From contig JBLIRP010000097.1 in NCBI GenBank assembly GCA_049472355.1, forward strand, positions 1 to 13,077: a stretch of 13,077 nt of DNA. The letters run 5' to 3'. Under the pieces are notes generated by a model. The model was not told the origin of the DNA. It searched no databases and saw nothing but the letters and a program-made list of their open reading frames with translations. Position numbers and translations under genes: made by a program. The stretch comes from a bacterium. GTDB lineage: Bacteria > SZUA-182 > DTGQ01 > JAFGSM01. Below are positions 1 through 8,750 of the stretch, one piece after another (position 1 is the stretch's first letter; the number at the start of each line of letters is the position of its first letter).

Positions 1-969
1 TATGGCAAGCGGCCCGGATACGGCGAGGATATTGGGATCGGATAGGGGGCCATTGGGATCAAGCGATGAGATCTGCCGCCCCCATTGAGGGGACGCCCCG
101 GAGGCACTATCCCCTTTCCATAACGCCCAGTGCCGTTCATGATCAATGACCATTTCGGTCAGCACCCAGGGATGTGCCAGAAATTCCGTCAAAGAGCAAA
201 ATCCCGTTATTGCGCCGGCACAATTCGGATCATCGAAGGAATCCTCCGTAGATTGACTCCATTCGATGCCGTCTGTTGTTGAGCTAAGGACCGCCCCGGA
301 TCCATATTGGACAGTGCCGATAAAGAGACGCTCCTCCGTGTGTGCAAGAAATCCAATGTGCACATTCGGGTCGCCCCGGGGAATCCCATCCACAATGATC
401 TCCTGGCTGATGGGGCCTTCAGGTGCGTCACCGTGGAAAAGACGCGCACCGAAGTCCTCCTCGTATACGCCGAGGTAGATCCCACCGTCAAACACATCCC
501 CCTGCTCGATACGCCAGGCATCTTCACCACCTGTGAACGAAATCTCCTCCCCTTGATCGGGGCTGGAGAATGCAAGCACCCGGGCATTCCCATTCCATCG
601 TGCACCTGCAAAGGTGCGGTCGGCCCCGGCGAAGAGAGTGTCTACCCTGACACTGCTTCCGTCCAAGACAATCTCCTCCCAGAGGTCCTGATCCCATTCA
701 TTGGGATCGTCCCTTATCCCGGATGCCCAAAGAATGGTATGGGCATTGGGATTGCCCAAGACCGCATCCCACGCATCCGATGTGACCAGGTAAAGGTGGT
801 TTGCATCGAAGGCCGCATCCTGAAACGACCATGCAGCCTCACCCTTGTCCCCGAACAAGGCGGGATGTATGGCTATCCATTCGGTTGCCCCTCGCCCCGG
901 GAGGACGCCAAGAAAGAAACAGGCCATCACGGGTACCATCCAGTATGCCGCACCCCTCGCCCTGTTCAT
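1..969 (-). CDS. Hypothetical, probably secreted protein, possibly beta-propeller/Asp-box-like; partial, 3' end beyond the window
   Basis: Translated by hand; absent from the ORF track because there is no stop in the window. Frame is open from ATG at 969-967 to base 1 (323 codons): MNRARGAAYWMVPVMACFFLGVLPGRGATEW...LSSTTDGIEWSQ...DPNILAVSGPLAI. A GGGAGG Shine-Dalgarno lies just upstream, directly after the cdd stop. The basic-then-hydrophobic N-terminus resembles a signal peptide. Fold assignment is tentative. Confidence 0.8.
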   Translation of the reverse strand, partial: MNRARGAAYWMVPVMACFFLGVLPGRGATEWIAIHPALFGDKGEAAWSFQDAAFDANHLYLVTSDAWDAVLGNPNAHTILWASGIRDDPNEWDQDLWEEIVLDGSSVRVDTLFAGADRTFAGARWNGNARVLAFSSPDQGEEISFTGGEDAWRIEQGDVFDGGIYLGVYEEDFGARLFHGDAPEGPISQEIIVDGIPRGDPNVHIGFLAHTEERLFIGTVQYGSGAVLSSTTDGIEWSQSTEDSFDDPNCAGAITGFCSLTEFLAHPWVLTEMVIDHERHWALWKGDSASGASPQWGRQISSLDPNGPLSDPNILAVSGPLAI

Positions 970-981
970 CCTTTCCTCCCG

Positions 982-1395
982 CTATTTGTTCGATTTCTCC
1001 GGATAAAAATCAAAGGCCCTCGGCAAAAGCTCCCGTATGCATGTCTTTGCAGTGAGCCCCCTCACGTTGGCCAGGACCATGATCATATCAGGCCCGAATT
1101 CCCATATCATTTGGCGGCATGCGCCGCACGGAAAGGTCAGTTCCTCGGTATCGGCAACAATCGCCATCATGTCAAATGCCCGTTCGCCTTCCGAGACCGC
1201 CTTTATCAGGGCAACCCTCTCCGCGCATATGCTGAGGCTCAGTGAGGGATTCTCTATATTGCAGCCCGCATAAATCCTTCCGTTTTCGCACCGGACCGCG
1301 GCGCCGACCTTGAAACGTGAAAAGGGCACATATGCCCGTGCCATTGCCTCGCGCGCGTGAGTGATCAAAATTGTTGTTTCATCATCCCTCATCAT
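982..1395 (-). CDS. cdd: Cytidine deaminase, homotetrameric type
   Basis: Motifs AYVPFSRFKVGAA, GCNIEN, CAERVAL and PCGACRQ give the Cys-only zinc site. ATG at 1395 (or 1392) follows AAGGGA and is preferred over the TTG at 1410. Confidence 0.95.
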   Translation of the reverse strand: MMRDDETTILITHAREAMARAYVPFSRFKVGAAVRCENGRIYAGCNIENPSLSLSICAERVALIKAVSEGERAFDMMAIVADTEELTFPCGACRQMIWEFGPDMIMVLANVRGLTAKTCIRELLPRAFDFYPEKSNK

Positions 1396-1491
1396 CCGTT
1401 CCCTTGTCAACCATATCGATGGTGATACGGCAATAAAACTTCATCAGCCGAAGCACTATGGTACCCTCCCGGTTACCTGTAGTGTCCGCCC

Positions 1492-2361
1492 TCAGCCACT
1501 GAGCCCACTTCGGGTGCGCACCGGGATACCGTCACACCCCACCAAATCCCTGTACCGATCCATACAAAGGGAGGCCGCAACGGCCTGCTCTTCCAGGGAT
1601 GGGCCCTGCCGTTCGAATGCAATACCAATGACACGTGATAATCCCTTGAGCACGGCATCCTCAAGGTCGCGGACCGTTATATCCCCTCCGGCGATCTCGC
1701 TGAGCGCGGTCACCCCGGACGCAAGCCTTCTGCGTATCCCGGGTGCACCGACGTGCTCGGGATAGCGCAGCAGTTCCTCCCACAGGGACCGTTCCACCTG
1801 CATCAGGATGGTCCCCTGCTGAAGTACCCAGCCTCCCACGCGCTTCTGCGCAAAACCGATCACCTTGCGGCCGGACACCAGGATCTCGGAGCTGATCCTG
1901 GTCAAAAAACAGGCGGGCTGCAACCTGCGTTTTTGCCTTTCCAACGATCCCGTACCCCTAACATCCGCAAGATGGGCATCAATCCCCAGTAACTTGAGCC
2001 CCTCAACGAATCCCTGTGCAATCGTTCGATAGCTTCCCCTGATGCCGGCCGGGATCATGTCACCGTTCGACGGAAAAACGAGGGAAAAACTCAGGTCCCT
2101 GTGGTGAACGACCGCCTTTCCCCCGGTAATCCGCCGCACCACCCGGACACCCCTGGTGCGGCAGGCATCCCTGTTCACCGTTTCCTCGATATCCTGGAAA
2201 TACCCCAGGGTAATTGCCGGTGCGTCCCAGGTGTACCAATGCAAGCCCGGCTGCGACGTCCCCTCCAAACACCCTTGCAGCATTGCCTCTGCAAGGGCCA
2301 TATTCCCGGATGGGCCTCCAGCCTCCGTGTCGATCACCCGGCAGATCCGGCATCCCTTCAT
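1492..2361 (-). CDS. Lipoate-protein ligase A / octanoyltransferase LipM family protein, single catalytic domain, divergent
   Basis: Motifs NMALxEA, W..PAITLGYFQ, VRRITGGKAVVH, ACF, GRKVIGFAQKR and LQQGTIL match the BPL/LplA/LipB fold of the LipM-like branch. 289 aa, with no LplA C-terminal domain. Confidence 0.88.
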   Translation of the reverse strand: MKGCRICRVIDTEAGGPSGNMALAEAMLQGCLEGTSQPGLHWYTWDAPAITLGYFQDIEETVNRDACRTRGVRVVRRITGGKAVVHHRDLSFSLVFPSNGDMIPAGIRGSYRTIAQGFVEGLKLLGIDAHLADVRGTGSLERQKRRLQPACFLTRISSEILVSGRKVIGFAQKRVGGWVLQQGTILMQVERSLWEELLRYPEHVGAPGIRRRLASGVTALSEIAGGDITVRDLEDAVLKGLSRVIGIAFERQGPSLEEQAVAASLCMDRYRDLVGCDGIPVRTRSGLSG

Positions 2362-2371
2362 AGTGGCGCCA

Positions 2372-2380
2372 ATTATATCA
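2372..2380 (-). promoter_or_regulatory. Putative extended -10 promoter (TGaTATAAT) for the LipM/LplA-family gene
   Basis: Minus strand reads TGATATAAT, then 10 nt, then ATG. Perfect TGn-TATAAT match; no recognisable SD in those 10 nt. Confidence 0.55.
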
Positions 2381-2688
2381 TACTCCTGCGTCAGATATAA
2401 TCATGATGTGAACAATTCTCTTTTCGATAAGCACGTAAAAAGGATCGGGGCTGGGAGATTTCTATCAAATGGCACATAAGCCGGGGGGCGCAGCTACTTT
2501 ATAGGTTGATTAATGAGCGTTGCATTACTTCTCATGAGGCGATCAATTTTGAAATTGAATCGTCGTGATCAGGCATATTCGAGGAGCGACAGAGGGTCTT
2601 TTTGCCCACATTCTGTAGCGGTAAAGAGCAGCATAGTGCTCCGCTTCGCTCCGCCTGACAAGTTTGGTTGGTGCGCCGGCCGCACGCC

Positions 2689-3561
2689 TTAGAGCTTGAG
2701 CCGGGGGTCAACGGCGTCGCGGATTCCTTCACCCAAAAGATTGTACCCCAGAACGGTGAAAAGGATGGCCAGGCCGGGGTAGAGGGAAAGCCACCATGCA
2801 ATCTCGATATTGTCCTTCCCTGCGGTAAGCATGTTCCCCCAGCTCGGGGTGGGGGGCTGGACACCGATGCCGAGAAAGCTCAGGGCGGATTCGGTGAGGA
2901 TGGCCGCGGCCACCCCCAGGGTTGCCGCAACAAGGACCGGGGCGAGTGCATTGGGCAGAACATGGCGAAAAATGATCCTCGCATCGCCCGCACCCTCGGC
3001 CCTGGCTGCGAGTATAAATTCACGGTCCATGAGGCTCAAAAATTCGGCGCGCACCAGACGCGCAACCCCCATCCACCCGGTAACCCCAATGATGATCATG
3101 ATGTTCCAGATACTTGGCTCCAGCACGGCGATGACCGCAAGGATAAGGAAAAAGGTGGGAAAGCAGAGCATGATATCCACAAAGCGCATGATGATGTTGT
3201 CGAGCCATCCCCCGTAGTACCCTGCCACGGCGCCGAGTATGGTGCCGATGACGGTGGCGATGCCTATGGAGACAAATCCGACCAGGAGCGAAATCCTCGA
3301 GCCCCAGATCATGCGACTCAACACGTCCCTGCCCAGTTGATCGGTGCCGAGCCAGTGCTGGGCACTGGGGGAATGGAGGATCCGGTTGACATTGATAAGG
3401 GAGGGGTCATAGGGGGAGATATAGGGTGCCGTGAGGGCCACCGCAAAGAGGAGGAATACGAGGAACATGCCTGCAACGGCAAGCCTGTTTTGAGAGAATT
3501 GCCGCCAGAAACGAAGCAGGGGGGCATTCTCTTTTTTCACGTGAAGATCTCTATCCGGCAT
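2689..3561 (-). CDS. Peptide/nickel ABC transporter permease (OppC/DppC family)
   Basis: Motifs HWLGTDQLGRDVLSR, the EAA loop (EFILAARAEGA...IIFRHVLPN), ESALSFLGIG and NLLGEGIRDAVDPR. Start is ATG 3561 (AAGGA 5 nt upstream) or ATG 3567. Confidence 0.95.
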   Translation of the reverse strand: MPDRDLHVKKENAPLLRFWRQFSQNRLAVAGMFLVFLLFAVALTAPYISPYDPSLINVNRILHSPSAQHWLGTDQLGRDVLSRMIWGSRISLLVGFVSIGIATVIGTILGAVAGYYGGWLDNIIMRFVDIMLCFPTFFLILAVIAVLEPSIWNIMIIIGVTGWMGVARLVRAEFLSLMDREFILAARAEGAGDARIIFRHVLPNALAPVLVAATLGVAAAILTESALSFLGIGVQPPTPSWGNMLTAGKDNIEIAWWLSLYPGLAILFTVLGYNLLGEGIRDAVDPRLKL

Positions 3562-3600
3562 TTTCATCCTTCTTTGTGAATCGAAGATTCATGTGCGTTT
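3560..3600. repeat. 41-bp hairpin-containing REP/MITE-like element, copy A
   Basis: ATTTTCATCCTTCTTTG-TGAATC-GAA-GATTCA-TGTGCGTTT. Aligns without gaps to 12961-13001 (27/41 identical) and to 13046-13077 (26/32 identical). Confidence 0.75.
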
Positions 3601-3616
3601 CATCATCGATTGCTTC

Positions 3617-4588
3617 CTATTGATAGCTTATTCTCGGATCAACGAGTGCATAGGATATATCCGCCAGGAAATTACCGAACAGGGTCAATATGGCACCGAT
3701 AAACAGGATCCCCATGATCACCGGGTAATCCCTGGCCATCACGCTTCCGTAAAAGAGCTGCCCCATTCCGGGTATGGAGAAGATGGTTTCGAAGATGACG
3801 CTTCCGCCGATGAGCCCGGGCACCGAGAGCCCCAGGATGGTGATGACCGGCATGAGGGCATTGCGCAGTGCATGTTTGTATATGACCGCATGTTCGCTGA
3901 GCCCCTTTGCCCGCGCAGTACGGATGTAGTCCTGTCTGATCACCTCCAGCATATTGGATCGCGTATACCGGGAAAGACCGGCAAGCCCACCGAAGGCGGA
4001 AACGAATACCGGCAATACCAGGTGACGGGCATAGTCGATCAATCGGTTGATAAATGTGGGATTCGCCAGATAGAGTGATTTGATGCCGGAAATGGGGAGC
4101 CAGTTGAGACGGATGCCGAAGAATATCATCAGCAAAAGGGCAAGCCAGAATGTGGGGATCGAGAAGCCGATGAACACGAAAACCGTGGTCATTTTATCGA
4201 AGAGTGAATACTGCCGCGCCGCCGACAGGACCCCTATGGGTACCGCAACCACAAGGATGATCAGCAGGGAGAGAAGGTTTAACAGCACCGTGATGGGAAG
4301 CGCATCGGCGATCTTGTCCACCACCGACCTGCCGTCCACAAACGAGGTGCCGAAATCGAGCAGGAGCAAACGTCTCAGCCAATCGAGGTACTGATGATGC
4401 AGCGGTTTGTCCAGGCCATAGATGCGCTTGAGCTTTTCGCGGGCCTCCGCAGACACCTTCGGATTCATCTGGGTTTGAATGTCGGTCGGGGTTCCCGGGG
4501 CAAGGTGAATCACCACGAAGGTGATGATGGTAATCCCCAGGATGAGGGGAAGCATCATCAAGAGCCTGCGTGCTATGTAGGCAAGCAT
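3617..4588 (-). CDS. Peptide/nickel ABC transporter permease (OppB/DppB family)
   Basis: Motifs [69 protein letters not shown] and [12 protein letters not shown]. Confidence 0.95.
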   Translation of the reverse strand: MLAYIARRLLMMLPLILGITIITFVVIHLAPGTPTDIQTQMNPKVSAEAREKLKRIYGLDKPLHHQYLDWLRRLLLLDFGTSFVDGRSVVDKIADALPITVLLNLLSLLIILVVAVPIGVLSAARQYSLFDKMTTVFVFIGFSIPTFWLALLLMIFFGIRLNWLPISGIKSLYLANPTFINRLIDYARHLVLPVFVSAFGGLAGLSRYTRSNMLEVIRQDYIRTARAKGLSEHAVIYKHALRNALMPVITILGLSVPGLIGGSVIFETIFSIPGMGQLFYGSVMARDYPVIMGILFIGAILTLFGNFLADISYALVDPRISYQ

Positions 4589-4592
4589 GGCA

Positions 4593-6314
4593 TCAGGGGG
4601 TCAGACCGTGGGTGATGTATCGTTGCTGATTCTTCGGCACATACCATTTAATGAAATTATGCCATATGCCGAGGGGCGCCTTCTCAATCCCGTGAAAACG
4701 CCGGTGGATGATGGGCAGTGCATCCGGCACGTACAGAAAGGCATAGGGCTGCTCCTCTGCGAGAATCGCATGGATTTTGTGATAGATTGCCTTTCGCTCC
4801 TCGATGTCGAAGGTGCGCACCCCCTCGATGATGAGGCGGTCAACATCGGGATTGGAATACGATATGAAATTGAACTCCTGGGGGGCCGTCTTGCTGGAGT
4901 GCCATATATCGTAGAGGTCGGGGTCCCTGGAGAGCGCCCATCCCAGTATGATCGCCTCGAATTTTCGCTGGTCGATGAAATTATGGAGAAAGGCCTGCCA
5001 CTCCAGGATATTGATCTTTACCTCAACCCCGATCTCCTTCAGATTCTGTTGAATGATCTGGGCGCACTTTGCCCGTTGATCGTTTCCCTGGTTGGTGATC
5101 AGGGTGAAGGCAAATCGAACGCCCTCCCTGTCGAGGATCCCGTCACCGTCATGGTCCTCCCATCCCGCCTCAGCCAGCAGTTTTCTCGCCTGCTCCGGAT
5201 CATAGGGATATCGCCGCACGTCGGGATTGTACGCCCAGGATTCCGGCGGGAACGGTCCGGTGCATACCTGGCCCAGCCCGAGGAGCACCCCCTTGATGAT
5301 GCCCTCACGGTCTATGGCGTAGGTCAGGGCCTGGCGCACCCTCTGGTCGGAAAACTTCGGATCCCTGAGGTTGTACCCCATATAGGTATAGCCGAAGGAA
5401 GGATAGCGGAAGCGCCTGAAGTTCTCCTCAAAGAAGGGGGTTTCCGTTTGACGGGTATACTGCATGGGGTCCAGTCCCATGTAATCGATGCCCTGCGCCT
5501 TGAGCTCCAGGAACATGGTGGCGGTATCGGGAATGATGCGATACACGTATTGATCGATGTACGGGCGTCCCTCGAAATACCCCTCATATGCCTCCAGTAC
5601 GATCCGTTGGCCGGTGACCCATTCCTTCAGTGTATAGGGCCCCGTACCGATGGGATGACGGTTGTACTCCGTGGTATTGAGGTCTTCCTTTTCCAGAAGG
5701 TGCCGGGGGATCATTCCCATTCCCCAGCTCACCAGGGCAGGCGCGAAGGGTTCGCCGTAGGCCACCCGGAAGGTGTGATCATCCAGCGCCCGTGCCTCCT
5801 TCACCCGGAGAAAATCCTGGCTGTAAGGGGTTGCCACATTCGGGTTCACCATGGTCTGGTAGGTAAACAGGCAATCATCCGCGGTGAACGGCGCCCCATC
5901 CTGCCAGGTAACATTGCGCCGCAGGTGAAAGGTGATGACCAGGCCGTCCTCGGAGATATCCCACGATTCCGCAAGATCACCTACCACGGTGATATCCTTG
6001 TCGTATTTCACCAGGCCGTTGTGGATCAGCCCCGCTATTTCAGCGGATGCCGAGTCGGAGGCCATCAGTGGCAGGAGCCGCTTGGCATCCCCGATGGAAC
6101 TCACGATGATCCGGTCCCCATACACAGGACCTGCGCCGTCAGCCGGGGCAGCGGGTTCCTTCTCTCGCCTTGAACGTTGGCACCCTGTAAGGAGAAGGGG
6201 GATGAGCATGGACAGAAGCAGGAACGAGCGAAATACGCCGCGCCATGGTTGTTTGGCTACCCCTTGCCTGTGCTCCATCTTCTTCATGGTCTCCACAATC
6301 ACTGTCCGGATCAT
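4593..6314 (-). CDS. ABC transporter substrate-binding lipoprotein, family 5 (OppA/AppA/DppA-like)
   Basis: Lipobox LLTGC, followed by [52 protein letters not shown] and [15 protein letters not shown]. Start uncertain: ATG 6314 overlaps the secG stop (ATGA), and a later Met is possible. Confidence 0.95.
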   Translation of the reverse strand: MIRTVIVETMKKMEHRQGVAKQPWRGVFRSFLLLSMLIPLLLTGCQRSRREKEPAAPADGAGPVYGDRIIVSSIGDAKRLLPLMASDSASAEIAGLIHNGLVKYDKDITVVGDLAESWDISEDGLVITFHLRRNVTWQDGAPFTADDCLFTYQTMVNPNVATPYSQDFLRVKEARALDDHTFRVAYGEPFAPALVSWGMGMIPRHLLEKEDLNTTEYNRHPIGTGPYTLKEWVTGQRIVLEAYEGYFEGRPYIDQYVYRIIPDTATMFLELKAQGIDYMGLDPMQYTRQTETPFFEENFRRFRYPSFGYTYMGYNLRDPKFSDQRVRQALTYAIDREGIIKGVLLGLGQVCTGPFPPESWAYNPDVRRYPYDPEQARKLLAEAGWEDHDGDGILDREGVRFAFTLITNQGNDQRAKCAQIIQQNLKEIGVEVKINILEWQAFLHNFIDQRKFEAIILGWALSRDPDLYDIWHSSKTAPQEFNFISYSNPDVDRLIIEGVRTFDIEERKAIYHKIHAILAEEQPYAFLYVPDALPIIHRRFHGIEKAPLGIWHNFIKWYVPKNQQRYITHGLTP

Positions 6315-6658
6315 TCCCCCGGGGGAAGCTCGGGCGCCTCGGGGGCGCCGGACGGCTCGGCCGGCTGCTCGGTCGGCTGAACGGGCTGCTCCATGGGAAC
6401 CGGTGATTCCTCGATCAATTTACTGGTCCGGACACTCGACATATAGGCAAGGGTAAGCGAGGTCAGCATGAAAATCACCGCGCATGCCGCGGTTACCTTC
6501 TCCATAAAACTCTGGGGCCCGGCGCTCCCAAAGGCGGTTTGGCTGGCCCCACCTCCGAAGACCGCGCCCATCTCGGCCCCCTTGCCCGATTGAAAGATGA
6601 TGATGAGGATCATCGCAATACATACCACCAGGTGAATGAAGATAATAATTCCATACAT
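6311..6658 (-). CDS. secG: Preprotein translocase subunit SecG
   Basis: Two hydrophobic segments joined by QSGKGAEMGAVFGGGASQTAFG, a Pro/Glu-rich tail, and the classic position after tpiA. AAGGAG lies 8 nt before ATG 6658, so the ORF-track extension to 6736 is probably not real. Confidence 0.93.
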   Translation of the reverse strand: MYGIIIFIHLVVCIAMILIIIFQSGKGAEMGAVFGGGASQTAFGSAGPQSFMEKVTAACAVIFMLTSLTLAYMSSVRTSKLIEESPVPMEQPVQPTEQPAEPSGAPEAPELPPGE

Positions 6659-6719
6659 GAACATCTCTCCTTTTTCTCGGGACCTGCTTAGGGTCTCTCC
6701 TTCCATACCTCCATCGGGG

Positions 6720-7472
6720 TCACTGAAACCGGACAATCCGTGAAAAGGATTCCGCCTTCAGACTCGCCCCCCCGACCAGGGCGCCATCGATATCCGGCTG
6801 AGCCATCAATGCATCGCAGTTGTCCGGTTTCACACTGCCCCCGTACTGGATTCGTACCTGCTCCGCCACTGTCTTATCGAACATCCCGGCCAGGATTCCC
6901 CTGATGAACGCATGGACCTCGTTGGCCTGCTCAGGGGTGGCGGTCCTCCCGGTGCCGATGGCCCAGATCGGTTCATAGGCAACCACTACCCGTTTCATCT
7001 GTTCATTGTCCAGTCCGTTAAAATCCGCCCGCACCTGCCCTTCCACGATGCGGAAGGTCACTCCGGCCTCCCGCTGGTCAAGGTTCTCTCCGATGCAGCA
7101 GATGGGGATGATCTGGTGGCTGAGTGCCGATTTGACCTTTTTATTGACGGTTTCGTCCGTCTCGCCGAAATAGGTCCGCCGCTCCGAGTGCCCGATGACG
7201 CAATAGGCGCATCCGCACTCGATGAGCATGAGGGGTGAGATTTCGCCGGTAAAGGCGCCCTCCTCCTCCCAGAACATGTCCTGTGCCCCCAGGGCGATCC
7301 TGCTGCCCGCAAGGATCGCCTGGCACGAAACCAGGGAGGTGAAGGGAGGAATCACCACGATATCCCTGTCGGCGACCCCGTCGAGTTCCCCTTTGAGTGC
7401 ACGGACCAGTTCCTGCGCAGCGGAAGGTCCCTTGAACATTTTCCAGTTACCTGCAATGACCGGTCTTCTCAT
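6720..7472 (-). CDS. tpiA: Triosephosphate isomerase
   Basis: Motifs AGNWKM, GAFTGEIS, IGHSERR, AYEPIWAIGTG, QYGGSVKP and DGALVGGASL. Confidence 0.99.
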   Translation of the reverse strand: MRRPVIAGNWKMFKGPSAAQELVRALKGELDGVADRDIVVIPPFTSLVSCQAILAGSRIALGAQDMFWEEEGAFTGEISPLMLIECGCAYCVIGHSERRTYFGETDETVNKKVKSALSHQIIPICCIGENLDQREAGVTFRIVEGQVRADFNGLDNEQMKRVVVAYEPIWAIGTGRTATPEQANEVHAFIRGILAGMFDKTVAEQVRIQYGGSVKPDNCDALMAQPDIDGALVGGASLKAESFSRIVRFQ

Positions 7473-7553
7473 GGTTTCACCTTGCTCCCCGTGTTATGGT
7501 ATTACCGTCTTTTTTAGAGGCATCGCACACCGCCGGATTTCCTCACCCCGGTG

Positions 7554-8750
7554 TCATTCTTTGACTGACAACGCGGCCAGTCCGGGGAGCTCATTCCCTT
7601 CCAGGAGTTCCAGAAACGCGCCCCCGCCCGTGGATATATACGAAATCTTGTACGATTCCCCCGCACGATGAACGGCAACGTCGGTATCGCCGCCGCCCAC
7701 GATGGTCATGGCATAGGAATTCGCCACCATCTGGACCATGGCGAAGGTACCCCTGCTGAATGCATCAATCTCGAAAACGCCCATAGGCCCATTCCAGATA
7801 ATGCTCTTCGCGTCCCTCAATGCCTCGGAAAAGAGGGTGGTGGTGGCGGGTCCGATATCCAGTCCCATCCAGTCGGGCGGAATCTCCTGGACCGGGACGA
7901 TCATGCTGATTGCCTTGGGATCCATACGGTCTGCGACCACAGTGTCCACCGGAAGGTAGAGCTTCGTCCCATCCTTTCGGCTCTGTTTGAGGGTTTCCAT
8001 GGCAATGCCGAGCATATCCTCTTCCACGAGTGACTTCCCGACCTCGAATCCTATGGCCTTGAGAAAGGTGAACATCATGCCGCCGCCGATAAGGATCTTG
8101 TCCACCTGCCTGCTGAGCTTTTTGATGATCTCGATCTTACTGGAGACCTTCGCCCCCCCGATTATGGCCACCAGAGGCCGTACGGGATTCTCCATCACCG
8201 CATTGAAGTAATTGATCTCGTTCTTCATCACCGTCCCGCCGACGCTCGGGCTGATGAATTGCGTGATTCCGACGTTCGATGCATGGGACCGATGGGCGGT
8301 GGCGAAGGCATCATTGACAAAGATATCACCCAGACCAGCGAGTTCCCTGGCGAAATCCGGGTCATTATCCGTCTCCCCCTTGTGAAACCGGAGGTTTTCA
8401 AGGAGGACGACCTCACCCTGCTGCATGGCGCGCACCGCATCCCTTACCTTGGGGCCGACGCAGTCGTCGATGAATCGGACCTCCTTTCCCAGGAGCCGGG
8501 AAAGACGCTTGGCAACCGGTGCCAGGCTCATAGAGGGTACCCGTAAACCCTTGGGCCTCCCGAGGTGGGACATCAGCACCACCATGCCCCCGTCATCCAG
8601 AATGCGGTTTATGGTGGGGAGGGTGACCCTGATCCTTGCGTCATCGCTGATATTGCCCAAGGTATCAAAGGGGACATTGTAGTCCACCCTCACCAGCGCC
8701 TTCTTGCCTTTGAAATTGACATCGTCAACAAAGAGCTTCGTCGTGTTCAC
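7554..8750 (-). CDS. pgk: Phosphoglycerate kinase
   Basis: Motifs VRVDYNVP, SHLGRPKG, LLENLRF, NDAFATAHR, GGAKVSSKI, WNGPMGVFE and ISTGGGAFLE. GTG start with a GGGAG SD. Confidence 0.99.
   Translation of the reverse strand: MNTTKLFVDDVNFKGKKALVRVDYNVPFDTLGNISDDARIRVTLPTINRILDDGGMVVLMSHLGRPKGLRVPSMSLAPVAKRLSRLLGKEVRFIDDCVGPKVRDAVRAMQQGEVVLLENLRFHKGETDNDPDFARELAGLGDIFVNDAFATAHRSHASNVGITQFISPSVGGTVMKNEINYFNAVMENPVRPLVAIIGGAKVSSKIEIIKKLSRQVDKILIGGGMMFTFLKAIGFEVGKSLVEEDMLGIAMETLKQSRKDGTKLYLPVDTVVADRMDPKAISMIVPVQEIPPDWMGLDIGPATTTLFSEALRDAKSIIWNGPMGVFEIDAFSRGTFAMVQMVANSYAMTIVGGGDTDVAVHRAGESYKISYISTGGGAFLELLEGNELPGLAALSVKE

Noticed and set aside
207..611. 134-aa minus-strand ORF from the track
   Set aside because: It is out of frame within the longer open frame 969->1, which has an SD, a signal-like N-terminus and a protein-like composition.
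1411..1491. CTGATGA on the minus strand (1442-1448) suggesting a hammerhead ribozyme upstream of cdd
   Set aside because: No stem II followed by GAAA, and no compatible stems I and III were found.
1492..1494. TGA stop of the ligase as a possible selenocysteine readthrough
   Set aside because: The domain is already complete, no Cys-equivalent position is involved, no clear SECIS-like hairpin follows, and another stop occurs shortly after.
2620..2670. attC-like centre (GCGAAGC) suggesting an integron cassette site
   Set aside because: No RYYYAAC...GTTRRRY cores with complementary arms, and no integrase or cassette-like ORFs nearby.
4596..4608. GGGGGTCAGACCG at the end of the binding-protein gene, resembling GGGGTCAGACCCC-type palindromic repeats
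   Set aside because: It is imperfect, single, and simply encodes the C-terminal GLTP; insufficient evidence.
4587..6173. Long plus-strand ORFs (4587-6173, 307-1245, 2668-3579 and others)
   Set aside because: They are antisense shadows of well-supported minus-strand genes in GC-rich DNA and show no recognisable motifs.
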